From Azolla caroliniana (lineage: Eukaryota; Plantae; Polypodiophyta): a stretch of 64,000 bases of DNA. The stretch covers positions 12,214,001 through 12,278,000 of the forward strand of contig JBHGNT010000003.1 in NCBI GenBank assembly GCA_043228905.1. Direction: 5' to 3'. The notes under the pieces are model-generated. The model was not told the origin of the DNA. It saw only the letters and a program-made list of their open reading frames with translations, and did no database searches. Both the position numbers and the translations under genes were made by a program. Shown piece after piece: positions 1 to 13,908 of this stretch. Every line of letters begins with the position of its first letter. The stretch's first letter is position 1.

Positions 1-108
1 ACAAATGAGGCGATTATGTACAAATCCCTAAAGGGACGCAATAGTTCCATCTAATGTGGAAGCCCATTGACTCAAGAAAGGGAGAGGACGACCATTGTTG
101 GATGAAGG

Positions 109-3100
109 CTATGCGTTGTCTTTCAACTCCCTCGGAGCCACCTTTAAGGCCATATATTGGCTCTTCAGAGTGGCTACAATTTCACTCCATATCTCTTGCA
201 ATAACCTTGTTGGATGGGTGGTTTGGTTGGAGAAGACTCGCCTACATCGTTGTTTCCATAGAATCCAAAGGGTTATTGGGCTGACCAATTCCAACACCTC
301 TTGAGATTTGTCATTAAGAGGAAAATAGTGGACATTGTCACTGGAGGAGAAAAGAACCTCTTGTGCTTTTATCACCAAAGTCATCCCCTCCTCCTGATGC
401 TCGTATCGGCCAATTGCAGCTTGCCATGATAGCCAACATATATTTCCCCACTTGATTGAACCTTGCACCTGGCATAATTGCAACAAGCGGCCAACCCCCC
501 CCAATTTCTATGGGACGTTGGGCAGTCCCACAGAGCGTGTCATATGGATTCTACTGCATGTGGGCACTCTACACAATTAGGAGAGTTAAGGTTCCCACGT
601 TGCCATGCTCCCACCGGTAGGGACTTATGTATTAACAACCATTGGAAAGTGGTAATTCGCCTCGCGTGTTGTTGCTTCCAGATTATCTGCCAAAACTTGG
701 TAATTATTGCGGAGGGAACTTGAAATGTGTGCCAGACCTTCGCAGCAGCCGATTCTCGGGCGGCTTGAGCAGCTAGAATGTGGCGACCCAATCTAGTTGT
801 GAATTGGAAGAAAGGGATGGGTTTGCTTCCTTGCCCCGCGTAGGGATCACGCCATGTCCATTGCAAAGGGTCCCAATTGACCTTACGCAGCCATGTGTTT
901 TCATGAGTACATATATGCCAATCAGGTTGTACTTTGATCGGATCAGGATCTACAATCCATTTATGACCAGTGTACGCGAGTACTCGAATGGCGTTATTCT
1001 GTGTGGGTGTCGCAATGTCTCTAACTTCATGGCCTTCAAGCATGTCTGGTGATCCTCTACCTCTTGGGATCAGAGAGCCCTCCTCCTCGTGGCCTATCCA
1101 TTTCTCCATTGTCGTCCTTTGAATAGCAGAGTCCCTAATCAGTAATGCGTTAATGATTTCTGATCTCATAGTCCATCCACCCCTGATTCCATGTAGTATG
1201 TTCGCTTGATCTTGTAGTGGCATTGACATAAACCGTCGCCAACATTCAATACTTTTGCCTGGACCTTCTGCAATGTATCCCCATGAAAACCCCTTACGTG
1301 ATCCCAGTAGTTGATTAGATTCATCCTTGACACATGGGTTCCATAGGATACGTTGACTGAGCCAGGCAGGTTCGGATCTCGGTTGATCACACTGGAGCCC
1401 CCGACGAATGTCACACCATGCCTTCCACATGGATGTACTGAATCTGTCCTCCAAATGGCGGGAGAAACTAGGTTTGAGATCCATGTTTAGAATCCATCCC
1501 GTTTGGGGGGCCCAATTAACCCCTTTCTGTGGCTTAAAGTAAGCGAAACGTAATCTCAGTAGCATTTTCCAACAATCATTTCCTGGTTGGAGTCCTCGCA
1601 CCACAAATTTGGCAAGTAAGGCTTTCGATTGTGAAAGGGGATCAATAAGACCCAATCCCCCTCTCGACTTAGGCGTTGTGAGTATAGGCCACGCCACCTT
1701 GGCGCGAGCTACATGGTCTTCCTTACCAGACCAAATGTAGTTGCGGACCAGTCGTTGAATCTGATGTATACTTTCCTTGGAGATTGTCCAGCATGATAGA
1801 CTGTACCATGTTGTTACGAGGAGTACCTGATTTGCCACTATGATGCGACCTGCTAGCGACAATTTTTTAGAGCTCCAATGTATCAACTTTTGTCGAATGG
1901 AGAGGATAGCAGGTGCAATCATAGTCTCCGGCGGTATGTTGAAGCCAATTTGGAAGCCCAAATATATGGTGCTCACACCTTGATTGATCCACTTGAAAGC
2001 GGGGTGAGGGTGCCACGCCGGATGTGTTTCCTGAGAAAGCCATATTGCACAGGATTTGTGCCAATTGATCATGGTGTTGGATCGCTTGCAAAATAAAACT
2101 AGCCCACTTTCTAGCTTTTGGAGGTTTTCCAGGTCCCCTTGCAGGTAGACTGCAATGTCATCTACAAATTCTATATCCAGGATGCTTTGGTAAGAATGAG
2201 GTATGGGAAGACCACGTAGGTTGAGATGCCGCGAGTTGAGAAAGCAAGAGAGTGCTTTGGCATATAATAGAAATAAGGATGGAGCTAGTGGACATCCCTG
2301 CCGTACAGAGCGGGATATTCGGAAAAAGGGGCCCCTTTCACCTGCCAACGAAACACAACTGTTGCCATTACTATAAAATCCTGCAATGCCTTTGATCCAT
2401 GTCTCTTGAAAGCCGAGTTTCCTCATCACACTTTCTAGAAAGTTCCATCATATCCTATCATAGGCTTTCTCAAAATATAGTAGCACCACCGCTACCTTCT
2501 TGTTGGTCTGCTTGGCAAGGGCTACTGCTTCCCAAAATGAGAAGAGGTTGTCTAGGATGCTCCGATTTCTAACGAAACCTGTCTGTGACGGATGAATGAG
2601 TTGAGGAAGAAGTGGAGTTAAATGGCGTGCCACGATTTTTGTGAGCAACTTATAGACAGTATTGAGAAGAGTAATGGGCCGCCACTTGTGAATGTCATTG
2701 GCATTCCCACCACTTTTAGGAATGAGATGTATCATCCCCTGTCCAAATTCCTCCGGCATGCTTCCAGAGGTGATGATCTCCTCATATGCCTGGAGGAGGT
2801 CTTCTTTAATAGTGCCCCAAAGGCATGTGAAAAAGTGCGGGGTGAGACCGTCAATTCCGGGGTAGCTCTCAGCATCTAAATCAGTGAGGGCCTCCCATAT
2901 CTCAATGATTGATAGAGGACGCACAAGCCAAGTATTCATTTCCGGTGTGACTTTCTCGGGTATGCTTTGGAGGATAATATCATCGCTTATGTCTTCCTCT
3001 ATAGCTATCATGTCTTCGGTAAGTAGGCGGTGATAATACCTTGTGGCAATATTCCTCATTTCGTCGCCATCCTTAGTGGTTGTTCCATCCTCCCGGTTGA

Positions 3101-4294
3101 GGCTGCGCATCACAGTTCTAGCGTGCCTCGGGCCTTTGGAGCGGAAGAATTCCTTTGTGGTTTTGTCCCCTACTCGAATCCATCGCGCCATGCTGCCATG
3201 AAACTCCATGTCATATATTGCCTTTTCTGCCATGCTAAGTTTCTGTTTGGCCGTGGTGACTTGTCCTGCGATCCAACTACAGGATGGGTATCTCTGTTGG
3301 AGGCGTTGTAAGGCTATTAGTCCCCGTTTTGTCCTCTGTCGCTTCTCCTGAGCATCCTTTCATCTGGTCTTGACAATCTCATGTAGGAGAGTAGAGGCTC
3401 TTGTTAATTTAGCTAAAAGTTTGTCCGATGCTGATGAGCCATTGACGGGTAATGACCATTGGCTAGATAGTTGGTCCTTCACGTCTATAAGTGTGTAAAT
3501 AGTGTGTGGGATGCGAGTCTGGAATGGGCCCCATTTTCGGTGCAAATGAAAATGACCAGCTACCGGGTAATGGTCAGAGAAAGTCGTGCCTGGAGTTATG
3601 CGACACCACCCTCCCTTCGCTTCTAAAGCCTCCCCCACATAAATGCGGTCAATGCGAGATAGGGTGGGTCCACTATTCCGCCCGTCTGATCGGGAGAATA
3701 GGAGAGAGTCCCTTTTTCGTTGGAAGTTGGCAGAATGCCAGATGTCTCGTAGGTTAAGGTGGACACATAGCGTTCCCTTCCTTATAGGACTATGGGGTTG
3801 TTGTTGGAACTATCATGAATGGATTCGATCATATTAAAATCCCCTCCAATGCACCACTCTTTTGCACCCACTACTTGTAGGCGGATGCGGTCCTAGAATG
3901 TTGCGCTTTCTGTTCTGTTGTTTGGAGCATAAACATTCATGAAGTTCCATCATTGCCCTTGGATGGTCAGCGTGCAAAAATGTGCCCTACCAAGTATAAG
4001 TGATTCTTGGTGTATTAATCCTTGGGCTAGATGTTCCTAAATCAAAGTGCAAATACCACCATGATTTCCATCCTCCCCAATTGCTGGCTCCCAAATTGAT
4101 CGCCATGATCCTGGTAGAAGGTCTCCGACTTCCTTTAATTATGTGCTATTGAGGTGGTGTTCCTGCAACATGATGATGTCAGCACCACTCCCTAGTAAAT
4201 GTTCTTCAAGATCCCTGATCAGTTTCCATCTATTTTGTTGGTGTAGTCTACTTCTGAGTCCTTGCACGTTCCATGTTATAATCTTCATACTCAT
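109..4294 (-). pseudogene. LINE ORF2 (endonuclease, reverse transcriptase, zf-RVT), disrupted by stops and frameshifts
   Basis: ORF track pieces 4139-4360, 3360-3638, 2448-3233, 540-2429 and 109-504. Confidence 0.9.
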
Positions 4295-4746
4295 GGAATG
4301 GGGTGGGAGGTTGCCAGTTGTGCCTGGTGCTTTGTACAACAGGTCGTGAGTGGGGAGCACTCACCATTTAGACATCCAGACATTTCCAGGGATGGAATAG
4401 TGGTCCACATCCATGAGTGGAGTTTGTGGGCTATCTTGTGGGCTTCAATCGCCCCTTCATGCTTCTCATAAAAATAGACAAAGATTGGAGTTAGTTGGGT
4501 GTTTATGATAGTCCGCATGTGGATGTGGCAAAGATGGGGGTCCTCTTCATTCATGGTGCACCAGAATTTAGTGTTATGCCAATGTTGCTTTAGTTCATTC
4601 ATGAGCTCTTCATCTCTTATTTGTGCTACAAAGCACGCTGCTTGGTTACATAACATATCTTTAATCTTGGATTTCGACCAATCTTCCTGAGTCGAAAGCA
4701 AGAGTGGAAAGGAGATTGAGGTCGTCGGAACTCCGTTATTGTGCAC
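4291..4746 (-). pseudogene. Probable C-terminal part of LINE ORF1
   Basis: 151-codon open frame whose TGA overlaps the ORF2 ATG (ATGA at 4294-4291). No recognisable domain. Confidence 0.45.
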
Positions 4747-4873
4747 AGCTGATACATGTACTAGTTACTCCATGAAATATATAATCATATTCCCCCATGC
4801 TCTAGCATTTCCAATTTGTTTCACAAAGGATGGTTATTGCATGATGTGTGTCCTAGAATTTTCACGCAAGGAA

Positions 4874-4876
<3 letters not shown>

Positions 4877-4912
<36 letters not shown>
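4877..4912. repeat. (TC)n microsatellite
   Basis: Seen directly. Confidence 0.97.
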
Positions 4913-4914
<2 letters not shown>

Positions 4915-5515
4915 GTCCAAAAGATATTGTCTAGTGTACCAAAGCGCCCCAAATGGTTTCTCTTTTCTAACCATGGTTTTCAATGTTAGACAAAATAAAG
5001 GTAAAATGAAAAATAGAGACATCATAGCATTTGTAGGCAACAATGCAAGGCTAGAACATTGTAGTGTATTTGAAGAATTAGGAGTCATTGATTTATGATT
5101 AAACCAACCTATAGCTTGTGGAAAGTATTTAGTATAATATATTTTCCATTTGGAAATGCAAGTTCAAATTTATCATTTCACAAATAGAAACCAGGAAAAC
5201 GATCTCTCATTCCTTTTTTCTTTGTCTTTTTTTCATGAATAGTTAAGTATTAACTACAAAAAGAAAAGAAAAGTGCACGACTCAAATATACAAGACCTTG
5301 GGAAAATACCTTCTGAACTTGTGAGGTTATGTGGAGTAAATAGCCAACTCACTTAATTGGGATCTCTCTTCATGTGCTAGGCTCTAGCTAGCATCCGTGA
5401 GGTTTCCCAAGAAAGAACCATATCTCTTAATGTTCTTGAACCTTAAATAAATACAAAGGTAATTGGCACACGGCAAAATTATGGCCTAATGCAATTGGTA
5501 GGGAGAGGCTTGAAA

Positions 5516-7524
5516 CTAACGAGGGTATGTTTCGTTGGGATTTATGATGGAGAAGAAGCTTGCGAAGAGGAGCTCATTCCAAGCATCTGGAAGACCCGGG
5601 AGGCACCAATGACTACAATCCTGGCGTCTCATGGGACGAGGCTGTTCCTTCCCAACATGATAAATGGAAGAATGAGCGTCCTTTCGGTAGTTAGACATGT
5701 TTGTTACTTCTAAAACCCGGACACCTGCATCTTGCAAGCGTCGGGTTTCAGAGCGCACATGCTTGTTGGTCCATGCCTCCTCTTCAAACCTTGTTCCTGT
5801 TGGCCAGGGTTGGGTTTCTTGGTGGCATCCTCCTCCACTCCTCCACGTACCCCCGCTGAAGTGTGTTGGGGAATACGTTCTGAAGAGGACAGCAGTTCTC
5901 TTTGGATCCAATTCCTTCTCCACCCACTCTCTCCATGTTCGCAGTGCCACTTTGAATCCATCTTCAATGCCCATACTCTTATTCACGTTATCTCCGATTT
6001 GGAAATAGCAGCCCCTATTAGTAACAACAGAAAGAAAGAAAGAGCGGCGAGTGAAGAGAGATCATGATGTGAGATTCTGAAAACTGTAAAAGTGAAGAGC
6101 AGCAGGACTTTTGTTTTTTTATTTATTTAAAGAGGGGGGGGGGGGGTTGGCTACCCTACCCACCCGCGCATGATCTTCTCGAAGGTCCACCAGTGGCCTG
6201 TATTGAAAATGAGGAGGTCGGCACCAATCCAGCGTGGGGAGGTCCAATCCATGTGGTCTAATCGGAGGGTGCTGGAGACGTTTTGGGATAGGGAAGAAGA
6301 GGAAGAGGAAGAGGTGGGTGGGGGTCGACCCAATGGGACGAGGAAGGGTGACCGGAAATATTCGATGCTCATGTTGTTATGGTCAGGAAATCGGAAAGCG
6401 AGGGAGCCACTGTGCTTTGTGATAGGCTGGCCATCCACCTCGTAGATCCTCCGCCTCTTGTCAGCATCCATGGCGCTGGCCAGCATGCACAGCATGGATT
6501 CCCACTGGTTCCGCCCGATCGAGTCCCCAACAAACACTATACGCCGCCCCTGCATCCTCTCCAGCACAGCGCTACCATTGAACCTACATCCATCCATCCA
6601 TCCATCATCAGAGAGAGAGAGAGAGAGAGAGAGGGAGTGATCATCTCATCTGAGCAGTAGTAGTAGTACTTAATTCTTATGAAAATTTTCTTTTTCGTAA
6701 ATTATGGTGTTTCTTATGGATTACCTATAGTCTACCTTTCTCAGGTTAGATGGAAGCTGAAGAAGACGACATTAATTAAAGCGTTTCACATGATTCAAAA
6801 CAACTAGGTCCAACCACAATGCTAAGGTCCTACCAGGATAATTACGGGCAAGAGACAACAACATGGATCCACATGATCTCAAAAAGCAGAAAACATGATT
6901 TGTGTCTTTCCAGCCTTAAGGGAGGGAAACTGTTTGTTATGTGTTTGATCACATATTATTATTAGCTTTCATTTAGATTACCAATCGATTATCTTCGGCA
7001 CTCCTTTTCCGGAGAAATATGCAAGGAGATTGTTCAAATCTGGATGAATTCGTCAAAGGCCCGTCCTAGTATAGTTGTTTGTACGGGCTCTGGGTCCTTT
7101 ACAACACATTTGTGCATGACAGAATGTGTTGTCTTGAATTACACAAAGATATAAAGGTTCTGTTGCGACAGACATTATATATAATGTGTTATATGGGAAG
7201 TTATAGTAAGTTAACGCAGAATGTAATAGCATCCCTTTCTGTTCCATATTTCCACTTTCACTTTTGGTTGGTTGAAGTGACAACTCCACTTTCACTTTTG
7301 GTTGGTTGAAGTGACAACTCTGCAGAGCTTTTTTGCCTCCTCTGTCTCTCTGATTCTCTCTCTCTTTTATTCTCTTTCTTTCACTTTTAATATATCTTTC
7401 TTTTATTTATTTATTTCGATGATTGGGTAGACACCCTATTTTATTATTGTATACCAATTGTCTCATCGGCCAAATTTTGGCCTTAGTTTTTTGGAAAAAA
7501 AGAAGGACTTAGAAGACGTTAATA

Positions 7525-7592
<68 letters not shown>

Positions 7593-9301
7593 ACCCAAAG
7601 GATAATAATGTATACACCAGATTCCCGCTTTTGCTTTTTACGCATGACGAGCTGTCTGGATTAAAATATCATTCTTATGTTAAATTTTGATGAGAACATC
7701 ATTCTTACTAGAGACATACATGCACATTTAATAAATAACATATTGGCGTACAAAAACCTTCCTATACCCACCACCAACACACCACTTTTGTATACCAAAT
7801 TGCATATAATTCATGTACTGTGTGTTGTGTTATTATTACATACATATATATATATTTGCGACATGTGATTCAAACTTTATCCCGAATGTTTTTGAAATTA
7901 TCGTTCAGAACTGTATGGATGTAAGTATGTGTAGCCGCGTGTGCCTCAGTTCTCCTTCCTTCCCTCTTCTTAAAACTCTAGTCATGTACAAACGTTTGCA
8001 ATTTATATATGTTTCCGCTATTATGTTATCCTATAGGCATGAGAAGTTACAGTGTCGATGTATGTAAGTGAGACATGGTTTATTCAGTGAGAGACTGACT
8101 CTGGTCTAGTGCCTTTCTTTCTTACTTACTAAGTATAATTGTTTCGTTCTCTCTCTCTCTCTCCAGGGAACGGTCACACCCTTAAAATTAATGCTGACAC
8201 TAGACCTCCTACCCCCATCTATTGATCATGTCTATGTGTGTGTACTTTGGAATTGCCCCCACCTACCTACCTCACTCACTCATATGACTCTTATATGTTT
8301 AACAAAAAGATTCTGTGTTGGCAAGTAAATTGTTTGGAGTCTGGACCACAATGTCTCTCATCCTCTCTACGAAATAAAATCTCTCGTAAACTAGTGGCAC
8401 TAAAGATGAGCTACATACAACCTGACCTCATAAATGGTTCTTGTTGGAGATGATCCATCCTCCCATGTAGTAGTAGTAGTGGTAGTAGTAGTTGTTGGTT
8501 GGGTGGATACATGGGGGACACTCTATCCTGTTACGAGAGCCAATGGTTTTTGGTAGAAAGGGCTAAACGCTATGAGCCAATTATTTTTAAGTAGCTAGGG
8601 ATGCAGACGAAATGTAATTGGATCATCACTAGTTCGATTCCTTTTCATTTTTTATTACGAAGCAAACACCAGCATTAATATTATTACTAACTATGACTAG
8701 CACTTACAATTATTGAATTATTCCAAAACAGCGGTTCCATCACGATTTACCTGGGAAGGCTGCAACCATAGGGCTGCCATCGCCAGTGCGCATAATCGGA
8801 ATCAGGCCGTCCATTTTCTTGGCATCGAAATCCAGGGTCAATAAAAGGACAATCTTCCGGCAAATACAGAGGATAGTTATCATTGAGTGCTGATTCCTCA
8901 TCATCACGGATCCACCTTCCATCAAACAAATCGCATGTCTTCCTAATTATACCTTCACCATCACTATTATCATCAATAACGTCTTCTACTCTTTCCTGAT
9001 TAGTCGCCAATCCTGACTGGTTAGTCACTGATCGTCTTTCCTCAATTAGTGTCGCTTGTAGTTTCATGGAATTAAGATAAGATGGGAACGATCTGGCAGT
9101 GTAATTAAGAAAGATGGTAGTGTAGCGATGATAGTAATTAGGGGAAGAATAATTCACGTGCAAGAAGAAGAAGAAGAAGAACAGGAGCAGCGCAAAGAAT
9201 AGTGTTATGCATTTGTAAGCATTTTTATTGCAGGTTCTGATGGAGTAGGAGAAGGAGAAGAGAATATAATTAGGTCCAGATAATGGAGTGTGTCGTTGCA
9301 T
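5516..9301 (-). CDS. TBL: TRICHOME BIREFRINGENCE-LIKE cell-wall polysaccharide O-acetyltransferase, TBL10/TBL11-like; exons 9301-8751, 6583-6164, 6014-5516 (489 aa)
   Basis: N-terminal TM segment; PMR5N/TBL motifs CDLFDGRW and [17 protein letters not shown]...WRWQP; GDS motif [13 protein letters not shown]; NTGHWW; DxxH motif DCSHWCLPG. Two GT-AG introns join in frame (LPR|FNG, IMRG|GCYFQ); the exons sum to 1470 nt. Confidence 0.95.
7527..7592. repeat. Compound (TC)n(TA)n microsatellite in TBL intron 1
   Basis: Seen directly. Confidence 0.97.
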
Positions 9302-9792
9302 AATTAGAAAGGAATGATAAGAAACAAAATGAGGAGGAGGAGGCAGCTGAATTATGGGAAGATTAGGGAAGATAAAGAATGGGATGGAAGGTGAATTAAT
9401 TAATTAGGATTAGGATTAGGATTAGGATTAGAAATTGGGAGGGTTGCTAAGTGAAGCTGATGAGAAGCAGGAAGCGCGAGGGAGGCTCCTGCCTTATTCA
9501 CTCACTCACTCATATAACTAATTAGCTATTTACAATTTTGTTTGTTGGTAGTAGGTGTGTATGTAGTCGCAGGAGTGGTGGTGGTGGTGGTGGTGGAAGA
9601 AATGGAAGAAATGGAAGGAACTTGGGAGGGAGGGAGGGTTAATTTAATTGAGTCGCCGAGACACAACGCAACACTTACCTACCTCACCTATCCATACATA
9701 CATACATACATCCATACATACATACATGCACAGTTGTTACACACATACCCCTTCCTTCCTTTTTTTTGTCTTTTTTATTTGTTGAATACCCC

Positions 9793-9795
<3 letters not shown>

Positions 9796-9846
<51 letters not shown>
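9796..9846. repeat. (CT)n microsatellite upstream of TBL
   Basis: Seen directly. Confidence 0.97.
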
Positions 9847-9848
<2 letters not shown>

Positions 9849-10897
9849 TTCTCTCTCTCCCTTTTTTTGTGCGTGTTCCCACACAAGGAAGGGGCCATGC
9901 TCATCTTCTCTCTTGTCCCAATCCCATGGGATGTCCTCGAAAGAACCTCTCTCTCTCTCTCTCTCTCTCATCTCCATCCATATTCCCACCACCCCTGCTC
10001 TATCCCCAGATAATTGGGTGAGATATCTGGACCATCGAAACAACACAATATTGGCCAACAACTACTTCTATAACTACCCATTTGTGTGTGTGTGTGTGTG
10101 TGTTGGTACCCCCCTCGTTTTTCCTCATTGATTGATGTGGGGCCATGGCTTTCATCCCTTGTGGCCCACGACTACTTTTCATGTCAATTTAGAAGGAAGA
10201 GCTCTAAAATGGAAACCAATTCCTAAACATGGCATAACATGGAGTTTATGGGTAGTTATTGCACGTAAATTGTTACGAGCATCCCGAAACGTACAAAGAG
10301 AGAGGTTTCGTTATATGTGTTGTATGTATGTATGAGACATAATGATTGTTTTTACTCGTTCATCCGCTGAACAAAATGCGAATTGGATCGTTGTTATAGA
10401 CTTGCCATATTTATTATAGGAACGAATGTTGCATGCACTGGAACCATTCCGAAGGAATAATAATAGTTCAGTTGTCTATAATATTGAACTTGGGGTCGAA
10501 CAAGAAGTTTGCAGCTATCTACTCTGGTAAATGCAACTTCAAAACATTGCCTCCCATTTGATGGCACAACCTTCATGGTAGGTACCAACCATTAGCATAT
10601 AGCAAATGTATTTATTTATCTATCATTTCCCTATTATGTTTTGACCTCGTAGCATTACTGGACATATTTTCTTGTTTCGAGATGCTCGTGATCATCCAGT
10701 CACTAAATCACCGAAGAATATATATATAGATGTTTCTTTGCTCTATCTAGGAGGCTGATTTCTCTTCTCACAATAAGACAGCTGGCACCCCTATTGCATT
10801 TTCTATACGGTTAACTTACCCTAATTTCAAAATAAAGAGAGATATACAAAAATAGATAGATTCTATTATCGTTATCATAGGTCATATAGCTCCCTGC

Positions 10898-11143
10898 TAT
10901 GGTAAATAAGGAATTATGGAACGGAAAGAGAGGGAGAGGGAGAGAGAGAAAGAGAAGAAGAAATTTTATTAAATGATAGTTCTTTTTGTCTCTCTCTACA
11001 ACCAACCGACCACATAGAGAGGAAATGTGGTGGTTATAGGTGCACCCTATTTTTGGGGTGCACCTTTCATATCATATAACTTTTCGTCTTATTATATTTT
11101 TATTTTTATTTACTTAATCTAAAGTAATTAGTTTATTACAACA
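10898..11143 (-). repeat. 3' LTR of Copia element 1
   Basis: Direct repeat of 20431-20677. Confidence 0.93.
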
Positions 11144-12299
11144 ACCCCCCATAAACTAATTAGTTGTGAATCGTTGTAATCCTAAATTTTCACAACAAGC
11201 TTCAAATTTGCCCGGAGGGAGAGCCTTTGTTAGAAAATCAGCCCACATATGATTTGTCGATGTAAACTCGAAGGTAAGCTTGTTTTCTTCAGCCAACTCT
11301 CGTATAAAGTGATATTTTAAATTCACATGCTTTGTTTTCTCTAAGTGCTTTGGATTCTTCGTTAAGTAGATACATGATATATTGTCGCAAAAGATTTTTC
11401 AATTGAAGTGGTTCACATAGTTGGAGTTCTTTTAACACTGTTTGCAATCATAGTCCTACTTTAGCAGCCAACGCCACTGCTACGAATTCAGCTTCAGCAG
11501 ATGAGAGTGTCATGGACTTTTGTTTTTATTATTATCACGTCACTGCTGCTCTTGCCATTATAAAAGAAAAACCAATAGTAGATCTTCGAGAATCAACGTC
11601 CCCCCTGCAATTTCGAATCAGACCAACCAACAAGTGATTTGATTGGTCTTTCGGATTGGGATCATTTATATGTTAATCCATAGTTAGATGTGTGTTTTAG
11701 ATATCACATAACTTGTTGAAGTGATTTCCAATGCATAAGGCCAGGGTTATGCATAAAGCGCGAAAGATAATTAATAACACATTTGCGATCAGAAGTGGAA
11801 GGATTGAGCAAAAATGGAAGGATAAGGAATATTCCTTCTAATTTTGGGGTTTAGGTACTTCATTCATAAAACATAATGATACTAGTATCACATGTTCTCA
11901 AAATACCGTGGAAAAACCTCAAAAATTCATCATTTCCTAAACTTGGAAAAACGCTAAAATTATGCTATAATCAAAATGGTACAATGTTCACTATCATTGA
12001 GAAGTCAAGAAGTAATGTATTTTATAACAAACAATGTTTGTACAAAGCAATAATATTTCTAAACATAACTTTTACATCTTTCGAGTATTACAAACGACAC
12101 TCTCTTACAATAGATACCAAAATTACATTGACGAGTGTAACATTTACAAAAATCAATCGTATCATGATCCAGAGTCACTACTATAACTAATATACAATGC
12201 GGATTGTTCCTTGTCATCTTTGGATGTACCTATTAATATAGGCATTGTCTTCATCTAAAACTAGATGTTGACATTCCATGTTATGTGTTGACGATCTTG

Positions 12300-13715
12300 T
12301 TTGCCTTCGACTTGAGACCCCTTATAGAATAGGTAATTTCTCCTTGATGATATCTATTGTAGACTTCCTGAGACGTCCAACTTTTGTTAGTGTGAAGTCG
12401 TAAACAATAATATCTACGTCACCAATGTCTAGGCATGAAGTGCTACAAAATTTCGTTTCCTCTTTCTATTCCCCCTTGACCGTGGATTCCATCATCTCTA
12501 ATGCATACTTGCCAGTAAAGCCATTTTTGCTTCTAGTGTTGTACCAATGCACCTTTATAGACTGGATTTGGCTTTGGTTCTCATGCATCACCACATCTAA
12601 AACCTTACCAATCCAAAATTGATGTCCCAGCACATTATCATCACCAGGTGTAGCAATTAACATACCCACCTTCAATTCTTGCAAGTTTCCTTGCCACCTC
12701 GTTTCCGTTATTTTCGTCGGCCTAGGTCCAACATATATGTCCCTTTGTGGTGGATGGAGCAAGCTATCATTAATTGCATTAGGTGCAAGAGGAGAAGTCT
12801 GAGAATTATGACACTGTTGTATATTCCATGTGAAGGGGATTTGCATAGTCCAAGTACCAAGGACACACTTGTCAACAATTTGTTCTTGATCTGTAAAGAA
12901 CACATCCCAACATGACGTGTCTTGTTCCCCAACATACTTCTTCGCATTATCAATGTGCTTGCATTTGTCTTGTAGTGCTTGCATCCAAACGTCCTTTTGA
13001 TTATCAACTAGTACATTGGTGACCACTTTTTTAGTCTCAATCGGCATTTGTCCTGCACCATAAACAAAAATAGAAGGCAGATGAAGTAGAAATTGACACC
13101 CCCCTTCAGGTTCCCATTCGGGGGAGGATGAATACTGCTTTGCTTATAATAATGTACAACCACTATGATCATTTTATTATTATTAAGAATACATGGTTGA
13201 AACTTATATTATTTAATGGCGTTAACACTTTGGCATTTCACTTCAAGTGTTCCACAATTGGGCGTGGTGTATATGCATCACGAATGATGTCAAACAACTT
13301 AGGTAACATGAAAGCATCATATCGTGATAACTGCCTAGAGAAGTCACTGAACATCTGATCGATATGGTCATGTCTGTGACCAACCAATAGAAAGTTAACT
13401 TTCACATTCCTAAAAATTCCTTGGTTCACCAGCATACTTTGATAACCAAAGACCGTAGAATTTTTGTTTTCACAAGCAGTATTGTCAAGTTGAATATAGA
13501 AAGTCGGCGGCAAAGACTACCCCCAAGACATAATAACTTTTTGAATCACAATGATTGTTAAATTAGGGTCATTGTGGACATTTGCGTAGGTAACGAAGAC
13601 ATGAGGCTTAACACTTCCATTATACGCTAAACAACCCACCAAGTGCATCTGCACGAGACAATCATCGTTGACATCTTTAGGAAGACGTTTAAGATGAGGT
13701 AGACATGTCTTCTCC
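12300..13715 (-). pseudogene. C-terminal half of a Sola1/DUF7869-like transposase
   Basis: Motifs LPH...HLVG, DPNLTI, YIQLDNTACENKN and FLLVGHRHDHIDQMFS; C-terminal ORF 12466-13047; contains stops. Confidence 0.8.
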
Positions 13716-13729
13716 TTCTCTGTCGTTGT

Positions 13730-13908
13730 CTCTATACGCCGTATCGAGCTCTTATTTAGCTCTTAACGCCACAACTCGATACGCCGTATCGAGTTGAGGC
13801 TCCTAACGCTAGAAGTCAATACGTCGTACCGAGTTGTGACCCCCAAGTCGATACGCCGTATCGAGTTGAGGCTCCTAACGCTAGAACTCAATACGCCGTA
13901 TCGAGTTC
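13730..13908. repeat. Five copies of the palindrome CTCGATACG-C-CGTATCGAG
   Basis: Perfect 12+1+12 copy CAACTCGATACGCCGTATCGAGTTG at 13772-13796; four degenerate copies nearby. Confidence 0.9.

Larger units (their letters stand above)
1..4750 (-). mobile_element. L1-clade LINE retrotransposon, degenerate, probably 5'-truncated; 3' end at or beyond the window start
   Basis: Minus-strand ORF fragments in canonical order: APE endonuclease (MKIITWNVQGL, IIMLQEHH, SDHYPV), RT (PGIDG, WRPITLLN, FEKAYDRI, RQGCPLAP, FVDD), zf-RVT (CVECPHAVES) and C-terminal LWILWKQRC. Confidence 0.93.

Noticed and set aside
7259-7320. Local direct duplication CACTTTTGGTTGGTTGAAGTGACAACTC in the TBL intron
   Set aside because: An ordinary short tandem duplication with no further structure.
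9404-9431. (TTAGGA)n as a telomere variant
   Set aside because: Only about 4 units; best treated as a simple microsatellite.
9542-10182. ORFs with SLSLSL or ERERER runs (also at about 4739-5098, 6379-6660 and 7458-7664)
   Set aside because: These are translations of CT/GA microsatellites.
11771-11774. TTAA TSD (piggyBac- or Sola3-like) for the nested DNA transposon
   Set aside because: Formally possible, but it makes the termini asymmetric. TAAT gives matching AACAC ends, and the transposase motifs are not piggyBac-like.
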